From a virus (lineage: Duplodnaviria > Caudoviricetes), in IMG/VR virus record IMGVR_UViG_3300025723_000032, positions 3,368 through 67,367 of that record: a DNA stretch of 64,000 nt; one strand, 5' to 3'. Positions 56,241-64,000 of the stretch are shown in pieces (positions within the stretch are counted from its first letter, which is position 1; each line of letters begins with the position of its first letter). The translations under genes were made by a program, and so were the position numbers. The notes under the pieces are model-generated. The model saw nothing but the letters and a program-made list of their open reading frames with translations, had not been told where the DNA came from and did no database searches.

Positions 56241-56629
56241 CAGCTGGCCGCCCAACACTCTATGATCCATCTTATTGTGATGAGGTCAGAGCATTGGGCG
56301 CTCTGGGTAAAAGTGTAGAACAAATTAGTACAAAATTAGGTGTTTCATTAAGAACAATGTACACATGGCGGGATGCTTATCCTGAATTTTTGCACGCCTT
56401 GGATGATGCAAAGATTGCAGAACAGACTTGGTGGGAAGAACAAGCCCAGGCTTATATGCTTGAAAGCAAAGATGGACCTAAACTAAACGCAAGTATTTGG
56501 TCAAGGTCAATGGCTGCAAGGTTTCCTAAGAAATACAGGGAATCGGTCAAACAAGAAATATCAGGCGAGAATGGTGCGCCTTTGTTGGCTGGCTTACAAG
56601 TAACATTTGTCAAACCCAATGACACCTAA
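56237..56629 (+). CDS. terS: Terminase small subunit
   Basis: Homologue of 21811. Confidence 0.75.
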   Translation: MTAGRPTLYDPSYCDEVRALGALGKSVEQISTKLGVSLRTMYTWRDAYPEFLHALDDAKIAEQTWWEEQAQAYMLESKDGPKLNASIWSRSMAARFPKKYRESVKQEISGENGAPLLAGLQVTFVKPNDT

Positions 56630-57875
56630 TATTGAGTTCCCGTTAAAACTCCAATGTTTATTTGAGCCATCAAGGTATAAAGTTTTGTACGGCGGCCGTG
56701 GTGGTGCTAAGAGTTGGGGAATTGCTAGGGCGTTGTTGGTCATCGGATCAACCAAAGTCACCAGGGTGCTATGTGCCCGTGAATTCCAAACCAGTATTAA
56801 GGATTCAGTCCACAAGTTGCTAAGTGACCAGATCATGGCCATGAGTTTGACAGAATTCTATGAAATTACCGACAGAACGATCAGGGGCAAGAACGGCACA
56901 GAGTTTAACTTTGTTGGCCTGAAGAACAATGTCAGCAACGTCAAGTCTTATGAAGGCGTGGATATTTGTTGGGTTGAGGAAGCCCAAAGCGTGTCCAAGC
57001 GGTCTTACGACACATTAATACCAACCATTCGTAAAGAAAAGTCCGAGATTTGGATCAGCTTTAACCCTGAACTAGAGACAGACGAGACTTACAGGCGCTG
57101 GGTTGCTAACCCGCCAGACAACGCCAAAGTGGTCAAAATCGGGTGGCAAGATAACCCTTGGTTTCCTGAAGTGTTAAGAGACGAGAAAGACGCGCTTAAG
57201 AATCGTGATCCTGAAGCCTATCAAACAGTCTGGGAGGGAATGTGCAGGTTGACAGTTGACGGAGCTGTGTTTGCCAAAGAAATGCAAATGGCCGAAATCA
57301 ACAACCAGATCACAAACGTGCCGTATGACCCCATAAAGCCCGTCTACACGATTTGGGACTTGGGTTGGGCTGACAGTACCGCCATTTGGTTTGTGCAGTT
57401 CATAGGCGTGGAAATCAGGGTTCTGCGCTATATGGAAGACTCACAGAAGACCATTAGCTATTACTTGGCTGAAATCCAGAAGTTTGGTTATGTGTTTGAC
57501 ACTCATTATCTGCCCCATGATGCTGCTAGTAAGAATCTAGGAACTGGCCGATCCATTGAGGAAATCGTGAGAGCTACAGGAATGAACGTCAGGGTATTGG
57601 ATCGAGTGCCAATTGCGGACAGTATTAACGCTGCAAGGACCATATTCCCAAGGTGTTACTTTGATAGGCAAAACACAACGGATGGCTTACAATGTTTACG
57701 ACACTACAGGTATGAGGTTGACCCTGACACCAAGCAGTTCAGTAGAACGCCATTGCATGACCAATACTCGCATGGAGCTGATGCGTTCAGAATGCTGGGA
57801 TTAATGGTCCAAGAGCCTAGAAAGCCTGTTAAGAAGAAGGCAACGTACGATTATTCAGCAAATTGGATGGGATAA
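56619..57875 (+). CDS. terL: Terminase large subunit
   Basis: GGRGGAKS, WVEEA, WDLGW, SHGADAFR motifs. Confidence 0.95.
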   Translation: MTPNIEFPLKLQCLFEPSRYKVLYGGRGGAKSWGIARALLVIGSTKVTRVLCAREFQTSIKDSVHKLLSDQIMAMSLTEFYEITDRTIRGKNGTEFNFVGLKNNVSNVKSYEGVDICWVEEAQSVSKRSYDTLIPTIRKEKSEIWISFNPELETDETYRRWVANPPDNAKVVKIGWQDNPWFPEVLRDEKDALKNRDPEAYQTVWEGMCRLTVDGAVFAKEMQMAEINNQITNVPYDPIKPVYTIWDLGWADSTAIWFVQFIGVEIRVLRYMEDSQKTISYYLAEIQKFGYVFDTHYLPHDAASKNLGTGRSIEEIVRATGMNVRVLDRVPIADSINAARTIFPRCYFDRQNTTDGLQCLRHYRYEVDPDTKQFSRTPLHDQYSHGADAFRMLGLMVQEPRKPVKKKATYDYSANWMG

Positions 57876-57878
57876 ATT

Positions 57879-59978
57879 ATGTCAGACTACCAAGACGATT
57901 ATGATCCACGCATAGATATGGCCAAGAAGTTTTTGAAACTTGCCAATGATGCTGACACCAACAATCGTTCAGAAGCTCTTGAAGACTTAAAATTTGGTTC
58001 TGGTGACCAATGGCCAGTAGAGATTCAAAACAGCCGTGATCTTGAAGCTAGACCCTGCCTGACGATCAATAAGGTTGACGCTTATGTGCGCCAGGTGACC
58101 AATCAGCAACGCCAACAGCGCCCACGGATTAAGGTCCACGGCATGAATAGCCAATCAGACGCTAAAGTGGCCGAGATTCTGACAGGTATTTGCCGACATA
58201 TTGAGGTCAATTCAGACGCTGACCACGCCTACGACAATGCTTTTAACTACGCCGTGCGCTGTGGGTTTGGGTATTGGAGGGTCACGACAGACTATATCAG
58301 CGAGAAAACGTTTGACCAGGACATCTTCATCGAGCAGATTCATAACCCGTTTACAGTCTATTTTGATCCTAATAGCACCTTGCCAGACGGGTCAGACGCA
58401 GAACGCTGTCTGGTGACCACAGTAGTCAGTAAGAAGGAATTTGAGAAACTTTACCCCGATGCCGACACAGGTGTGGGCTTTACTCAGCGCGGAACGGGTG
58501 ACAGTAATGCCGAATGGGTGATGAAGGAAGACATCAGAATCGCCGAGTTTTGGTATACAGAGCACATCAAAGATACGCTTTTACTGTTGTCTGACGGCAC
58601 AAAGGTATTTAAGTCCAAAGCGCCCAGCAAAGACGATATGAATATGCTTGGGCTAGAAATCGTTGACGAACGCCCAACCATGCGGAAATTGGTCAAGATG
58701 ATCAAATGTACTGGCATTCAAGTATTGGAAGAATACGATTGGCCAGGCAAGTTCATTCCAATCGTGCCAGTCTACGGCGAGGAATTCGTTGTTGACAATA
58801 AGCGTAAAAAGTACGGCATGATTCGCCAGGTTAAAGACGCACAGAGGATGTATAACTTCTGGAAGACGGCCATTACTGAGTCTGTGGCGTTAGCACCAAA
58901 GGCCAAATGGTTGCTTGCTGAAGGCCAAGACGAGGGCCACGAGAACGAATGGGCGCAGGCTAACATCAAGTCCATGCCAGTCCTTAGATACAAGCAAAAG
59001 GACATTGAGGGCGTGCCAGCTCCCGTGCCTAGCCGTATTCAGCCTGAATCACCGCCTGCGGGCATTATGGCTGCAGCTGACGGCATTAATCAGGATATGC
59101 AAGCAATTTTGGGTATCTTTGATCCTAGCCAACAACTAGCCGGAAATATGTCCGGAAAGGCACTAAATGGCCAACAACAACAGGTTGATCTCACAAATTT
59201 CCACTATTACGACAATTTGACCCGATCAATTAGACACACCGCCAAGATTATTCTTGATCTAGTGCCGACTGTTTATGACACGGCTAGGGTCATGCGGATC
59301 ATTGGTGACGATGGCCAACCTGATCTGGTAGAGATCAACAAGCAAGCTCAAGACGAGCAAGGCGTTGAGAAAATACTAAATGACGTAACAGTTGGCGAAT
59401 ATGACGTTGTGATGGACACAGGACCAGGCTACAACTCCAAGCGTCAAGAAGCGGTCGAGACCATGATTCCATTGTTGTCCAAAGACCCACAATTGATGAA
59501 TGTGGCGGGTGATTTGATCTTTAGAAACATGGACTTCCCTGGCGCTGATGTGATTGCAGACAGACTTGCAGCATCCAACCCAATGGCGCAAATTGATGAT
59601 AAATCGCCCATTCCCCCACAAGTTCAAATGCAACTTAAGCAGTCACAAGCTACTATCCAACAGCTGCAACAGCAGTTACAGGGTATGCAATTGATGCTTA
59701 AAAACAGGGCTGACGTTGAGCAACTCAAACAAGACGCTGAGACTAAACGGGTTCTTATTAAAGAGACCAACCGCGCCCATGACATTGAGTTGCGTGACCA
59801 ACAGAAGCAAAAAGACACAGAAATGCGTGTTCACACAACGGCACAAGATACTGTTCTTAAGACACAAACACAACTAGAAATCGAGCGTATGAAGGCCGAT
59901 TTAGCCGTTTATTTGAGCCATTTAGACCGATTGAGCGAGCGTGAGGCCAAGGCTGAAGCCGTTGAGCGTGCTATTTGA
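57879..59978 (+). CDS. Portal protein, P22-like
   Basis: Homologue of 23452. Confidence 0.9.
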   Translation: MSDYQDDYDPRIDMAKKFLKLANDADTNNRSEALEDLKFGSGDQWPVEIQNSRDLEARPCLTINKVDAYVRQVTNQQRQQRPRIKVHGMNSQSDAKVAEILTGICRHIEVNSDADHAYDNAFNYAVRCGFGYWRVTTDYISEKTFDQDIFIEQIHNPFTVYFDPNSTLPDGSDAERCLVTTVVSKKEFEKLYPDADTGVGFTQRGTGDSNAEWVMKEDIRIAEFWYTEHIKDTLLLLSDGTKVFKSKAPSKDDMNMLGLEIVDERPTMRKLVKMIKCTGIQVLEEYDWPGKFIPIVPVYGEEFVVDNKRKKYGMIRQVKDAQRMYNFWKTAITESVALAPKAKWLLAEGQDEGHENEWAQANIKSMPVLRYKQKDIEGVPAPVPSRIQPESPPAGIMAAADGINQDMQAILGIFDPSQQLAGNMSGKALNGQQQQVDLTNFHYYDNLTRSIRHTAKIILDLVPTVYDTARVMRIIGDDGQPDLVEINKQAQDEQGVEKILNDVTVGEYDVVMDTGPGYNSKRQEAVETMIPLLSKDPQLMNVAGDLIFRNMDFPGADVIADRLAASNPMAQIDDKSPIPPQVQMQLKQSQATIQQLQQQLQGMQLMLKNRADVEQLKQDAETKRVLIKETNRAHDIELRDQQKQKDTEMRVHTTAQDTVLKTQTQLEIERMKADLAVYLSHLDRLSEREAKAEAVERAI

Positions 59979-60050
59979 CAAAGTAACTCTTTCGTGTATA
60001 TTTACACAAAACCTTACCCATGAGGAACATGGGGTTAATTCTTAGGGTAA
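59975..60050 (+). promoter_or_regulatory. Promoter and leader hairpin of the scaffold-capsid operon
   Basis: TTGACA-16-TATATT; CCCATG/CATGGG hairpin. Confidence 0.6.
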
Positions 60051-60054
60051 ACCT

Positions 60055-60942
60055 ATGTCTGAAAAAGAAGCGTCATCAGTATTGACGAGTGAGAACTCAG
60101 CTGAGTTTTATGCTAATAAACTTGGTTTAGCTGACAGAAACGATGATGTGGCGGTTGAGGAAACTCCCGAGCCATCAGAAGTTGAAGATCAGAGTGAACC
60201 AGAGGCAGAACAAAGCAAACCTACAGAGGAAAAGAAGCAGAACCCTAAGTTAGAAAAAAGGTTTTCTGAACTGACAAAACAACGTGAGCAAGCCAAGGCA
60301 GAAGCGCAAGCAGAACGCCAACAGCGAGAAGCGTTGGAAGCAAGGTTAAGGGCTTTAGAGCAACAGGCTACGCCCCCACAGGCGAAGAACATTGACGAAG
60401 AACCACAACCTGGTCAATTCCAAGATGCGTTTGAGTACGCTAAGGCATTGGCGCAGTATTCAACAGAAAAAGCCTTACAAGAGCGTGATCAGCAAGAAGC
60501 CAACAGAAAGGCTAATGAGGAAAGACAAAAGGTTATCCAATCATGGTCTGCCAAATTAGACAAAGTGAAAGCTGATTTACCTGACTACGATGAAATTGTA
60601 AGCACGGCTGATGTGGTGGTTAGTGATGATATTCGAGATTCTATTTTAGAGAGTGATGTTGGACCAAGAATCCTGTATCACCTTGCAGAGGACCTTGAAT
60701 ATGCTCAAAAACTAGCACAAATGCCCACGCGAAAGGCTTTGATTGAAATAGGAAAACTGGAAAAGCTATACGAGAAAAGTGAAGCCAAACCAGAGACTGT
60801 AGTGAAAAGTAAAGCGCCAGCACCGATCAGGCCCTTGAAGGCAGGTAGTGGTCAAGCAGATATCCCTATTAACAGTAGTGGAGATTTTCACGGCACATAC
60901 CAGGCTTGGAAAGAAGCTAGACGGGCGGGCAAAATCCGTTAA
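60055..60942 (+). CDS. Scaffolding protein
   Basis: Homologue of 25852. Confidence 0.8.
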   Translation: MSEKEASSVLTSENSAEFYANKLGLADRNDDVAVEETPEPSEVEDQSEPEAEQSKPTEEKKQNPKLEKRFSELTKQREQAKAEAQAERQQREALEARLRALEQQATPPQAKNIDEEPQPGQFQDAFEYAKALAQYSTEKALQERDQQEANRKANEERQKVIQSWSAKLDKVKADLPDYDEIVSTADVVVSDDIRDSILESDVGPRILYHLAEDLEYAQKLAQMPTRKALIEIGKLEKLYEKSEAKPETVVKSKAPAPIRPLKAGSGQADIPINSSGDFHGTYQAWKEARRAGKIR

Positions 60943-60962
60943 ATTCAAATCAAGGAAATCAA

Positions 60963-62705
60963 ATGAGTAATAATCTCTTAACGATATCCAAGATCACCAA
61001 CGAGGCGTTGATGGTTTTGGAAAACGAGTAAACAGTTTGCTCCCTTATGCGGTAACGCATATTGAATAACTTTCTCTGATTGACTTGGAACTCTGGCAGC
61101 AGACAACAAGGGGCAAGCGAAAGCAGCCTGAACGACTAAGTGAGAAAGCTCCTAGAAATAGGATGATGCGATAGTCTGAACTACCCTATAACAAAAGAAG
61201 GGGTAGAGGAGAATCCGAAGAGGTTTTCCCGCCTAGAAATAGGTCACTAAAGTAACAGAATGTAACTTTTACAAGTGAAGTTGACAGAAACTATGACGAT
61301 CAATTCGCCGTTGTCGGTGCAAAGATCGGTAACACAGTTAACGTTCGCAGACCAGGCCGTTTCATCGGTACTACTGGCCCAGCATTGAACGTTGAGGACT
61401 TTAACGAGTCTAGCGTACCCGTGACTTTGTCAACCCAGTTCCATGTGGATAAACGTATGTCCACATATCAAGACGCTTCCTTTCTAATAGCGGCTTGATT
61501 GGCAAAATTCTTCCTGATTGACTTGGAAGCCCTGCGGAGGGCGACAGGGGGCAAGCAAGAGAAATCTGTGCAGCCTGAACGACTAAGTGGAAGAACCTAG
61601 AAATAGGATGCGATAGTCTGAACTTTGGTATAACCTAAAAGAAGCCAGAGAGTTTGATCCGAAGCGGTCGAACCGCCCGAAAGGGTCAGTAAGCGAAAGC
61701 TGAAGTAACAGAATGACACAATTCACAACTCAGGACTTGGCATTGTCTTTGGATATGTTCTCTGACCGCGTGTTGAAACCCGCTGTGGCAGCAATTGCTA
61801 ACAAAATTGATCGTGATGGCTTGGTGATGGCCAAGAACAACACGGCCAATATCGTTGGTACAGCTGGTACACCTCCCACAGGTTTGATCACATATTTGAC
61901 CGCTGCTGCTTACCTTGACGCTGAAGGCGCACCAAGGGATGGCCGCCGTTCATGTATCGTTGAACCTTTCACAAGCGCCACAATCGTTGATTCTTTGAAG
62001 GGTCTATTTGTACCCCAAGAAGCCATCGGCGAACAGTATCGCAAGGGTTTGATGGGTCGTGACTCTGCTGGTATGAACTGGAAGATGGATCAGAACGTTG
62101 TTTCACAAACATTCGGTTCTTATTCGACTGCCGTGTTGTCATGCAATACATCGACTGCAACTGGATTCCTGACCTCTGGTTGGGCATCAACTTCTACTAT
62201 CGCTTTGTCTGCCACAACAGCCACAGCATCGTTGAACGTTGGTGACGTTATCCAAATTGCTAACGTGTACGCTGTCAACCCCCAGAATCGCCAGGCTTAT
62301 GGTTCTAACAAGCTACGCAACTTTGTCGTGACTGCTGCCGCTACTGTGGCAACATCAGGTACAACTAGCGTGACTGTTAGCCCTGCCGTGATTACTGCTG
62401 GTCAGTTCCAGAACGTGTCTGTGACCAATGCTGGCGCATCAACTGTTACGCCTTTCAACAATACTGGTACTGTGTCACCACAGAATATCATTATGCACCG
62501 CAATGCGTTTACATTGGCAGTGGCCGATCTTGAGTTGCCAGAGGGTGTCCACTTTGCTGGTCGCGCTTCTGACAAAGAGATTGGTTTGTCCATGCGCGTG
62601 GTTCGCCAGTACACCATTAACAATGACAGTATTCCAACCCGTTTGGATGTCTTGTACGGCTGGGCACCGCTCTATCCTGAACTCGCTTGCCGTGTTGCAG
62701 CTTAA
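60963..62705 (+). CDS. Major capsid protein split by two introns: join(60963-61029, 61263-61450, 61716-62705)
   Basis: Exons of 67+188+990 nt give 414 codons plus stop, colinear with the unit-A coat (ENE-L-TFT and HVD-TQF junctions). Confidence 0.92.
61030..61262 (+). ncRNA. Group I intron 1 (Twort/IA2-like, ORF-less, 233 nt)
   Basis: 5' exon ends in U, intron ends in G; P3 TTTCTC/GAGAAA, P7 GACTA (61134)/TAGTC (61172), P8 CCTA-GAAA-TAGG; ends GTAACAGAATG. Confidence 0.9.
61451..61715 (+). ncRNA. Group I intron 2 (Twort/IA2-like, ORF-less, 265 nt)
   Basis: P1: exon ATGTGGAT pairs with intron GTCCACAT with U.G at the splice site; P3 TTCTTCC/GGAAGAA; P7 GACTA (61581)/TAGTC (61614); terminal G. 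Confidence 0.92.
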
Positions 62706-62726
62706 TTAACTTAAAGGAAAACTAAC

Positions 62727-63167
62727 ATGAGTAATCCAGGACCAGCAACCACAGTAAGCAATCACCCACAAAACTTGGCCACAAACCAAGCATTGCGTTT
62801 GATTGCATCCGCACAATCCGTTAACTTGGCCGTGGCTGGTGATACAGCCATGACAGTAGTCGATGTGACTAAATTTGTGCCCGTTAGCGTGCTAATCACC
62901 AATGGCTTGAACTCTAGTGGATCAACAACCACTATTGCTACGGCTACTGTTGGTGTTTACACAGGCCCAAGCGCAACAGGTTCAACAGTATTGACTACCG
63001 CTGCTTTGACTAGCAACACAGGTGGTCCTTATGTGACAACCTCAACCGCGACAAATCCCGCAACCGCTATTTCCAACCCATCTACGATGTATGTCAACGT
63101 GGGAACGACAATTGCAGCGACTTGTGACGTATTTGTTTACGGCTATGACCTCACATTTTTACCCTAA
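62727..63167 (+). CDS. Virion protein (decoration candidate)
   Basis: Homologue of 28025. Confidence 0.65.
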   Translation: MSNPGPATTVSNHPQNLATNQALRLIASAQSVNLAVAGDTAMTVVDVTKFVPVSVLITNGLNSSGSTTTIATATVGVYTGPSATGSTVLTTAALTSNTGGPYVTTSTATNPATAISNPSTMYVNVGTTIAATCDVFVYGYDLTFLP

Positions 63168-63186
63168 TTTGTGAGTAAATAAACAG

Positions 63187-63222
63187 AAAGCCACTCTCAA
63201 AAGGGGTGGCTTTTTTTCATTT
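63187..63222 (+). terminator. Rho-independent terminator
   Basis: AAAGCCACTC/GGGTGGCTTT stem plus T run. Confidence 0.8.
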
Positions 63223-63256
63223 TGTTATACAATAATCATGTTTTAAAGGAATTATC

Positions 63257-63580
63257 ATGTCCAAAACTACACTTACCCGTGGTAATTTGTTGAGCAGTTC
63301 CATCGCTCAATTGACACTACCAAGCACCACTTTTTCCACTACAACAACTGAAGTCACTATTTCATGCCCTGGCGTTAAATCCACAGACATGATCAACGTC
63401 ACAGTTGATGCGGCAATGGTTACAGGCGTTGCGGTTGGTAATGCTTACACCAACACGGCCGATCAAATCACAGTTCGTTTGATTAACCTTACAGGTGGAT
63501 CGGTCACCCAAACGGCCGCTAACTTGTTGGTTAACGTGAAATCGCCTGAAGACAGTCCCTTACCCGCGAATGTGGTGTAA
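63257..63580 (+). CDS. Virion structural protein
   Basis: Diverged homologue of 28551. Confidence 0.6.
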   Translation: MSKTTLTRGNLLSSSIAQLTLPSTTFSTTTTEVTISCPGVKSTDMINVTVDAAMVTGVAVGNAYTNTADQITVRLINLTGGSVTQTAANLLVNVKSPEDSPLPANVV

Positions 63581-63582
63581 AT

Positions 63583-63930
63583 ATGGCTGGTTCAACAGTC
63601 CAACGCAACGCGGGTCAGACGTATTGTTTTAGCGTCACCAATAGTGCCCATTCAAGCACTTTGGTTGATGATCAGACAAACGATCAGATCAACTACTGCT
63701 CATTCCTAAACACGGGCGCATCGCCCATTGCGGTGAAATTTGCGAATTATTCGCCATGCCCCGCCGCAACGTTTCCGAGTGATGGAACACCGGGGGATTA
63801 TGTTTTGCCTGCGGGTATGACTTCTCCCCTTATCTTGGCAACCCCAACAACGCCCTTTTACATGACAGCGATCAGTAATAGTGGCACGGCGGGTTTGCTT
63901 TATGTAACGGCCGTTGGCGATCAAAGCTAA
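63583..63930 (+). CDS. Virion structural protein
   Basis: Near-identical to 28880. Confidence 0.65.
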   Translation: MAGSTVQRNAGQTYCFSVTNSAHSSTLVDDQTNDQINYCSFLNTGASPIAVKFANYSPCPAATFPSDGTPGDYVLPAGMTSPLILATPTTPFYMTAISNSGTAGLLYVTAVGDQS

Positions 63931-63931
63931 C

Positions 63932-64000
63932 ATGGTTGGCCCTAACAAAACTGTTGACCAAAACCTACTGCCCGTTCAGGCGTATTTTGCGGTCGATGGC
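63932..64000 (+). CDS. Long tail fibre, N-terminus (3' truncated by window edge)
   Basis: MVGPNKTVDQNLLPVQAYFAVDG, identical in DNA to 29229-29297. Confidence 0.8.
   Translation, partial: MVGPNKTVDQNLLPVQAYFAVDG

Larger units (their letters stand above)
34671..64000. mobile_element. Phage genome unit B (relative of unit A); left boundary lies somewhere in the 28.9-34.6 kb hinge
   Basis: Gene-for-gene homologues of unit A at offsets of about 34.7-35.6 kb (673 vs 36279; 28880 vs 63583). Confidence 0.85.
63583..64000 (+). repeat. Near-identical direct repeat of 28880-29297
   Basis: 16 mismatches in 418 nt by manual alignment; last 127 nt (63874-64000 vs 29171-29297) identical. Confidence 0.9.

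Noticed and set aside
61713-62705. ORF-track 330-aa protein starting MTQF as a stand-alone capsid gene
   Set aside because: The ATG is the last three bases of intron 2 (terminal G); the true gene starts at 60963 and is spliced. Minor internal initiation cannot be excluded.
1-64000. tRNA, rRNA, CRISPR or IS elements
   Set aside because: No cloverleaf with a TTC loop and CCA end, no repeat-spacer array and no transposase motif were recognised in intergenic or coding regions.

Overview
The window holds two related but clearly distinct P22-like (podovirus-type) phage genomes of about 35 kb each, in tandem and in the same orientation and gene order. Unit A runs from 1 to about 29-32 kb, a tail-fibre hinge lies at about 28.9-34.6 kb, and unit B runs from about 34.7 kb to the end. 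Both carry tail hub and DNA-ejection genes, a lysis cassette (GH19 endolysin, Rz with nested Rz1, so a Gram-negative host), a leftward RusA operon, a Cro-like gene, ERF/YqaJ/SSB-like recombination genes, GroES, TerS/TerL, portal, scaffold and a P22-type coat protein. I found no integrase, CI-like repressor, tRNA, rRNA or CRISPR array. Main observations: (1) the unit-B major capsid gene is split by two ORF-less, Twort-like group I introns (61030-61262 and 61451-61715); removing them restores a 414-aa protein matching unit A's uninterrupted 414-aa coat. (2) Unit A's intronless capsid allele is heavily recoded synonymously around the intron sites, and two free-standing homing endonuclease genes flank the head-tail adaptor gene. 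(3) Unit B has no recognisable replication initiator; where unit A has a DUF1376/YdaU-like gene with iterons, B has a promoter-driven, structured, ORF-less region of about 400 nt. (4) Unit A strongly avoids CAG/CTG-type motifs and carries a methyltransferase cassette, while B does neither and carries zeta-toxin-like and LPD29-like genes. The tandem arrangement may be an assembly chimera through a shared near-identical block, or a real recombinant cointegrate. All family assignments come from motif recognition by eye, not database searches.
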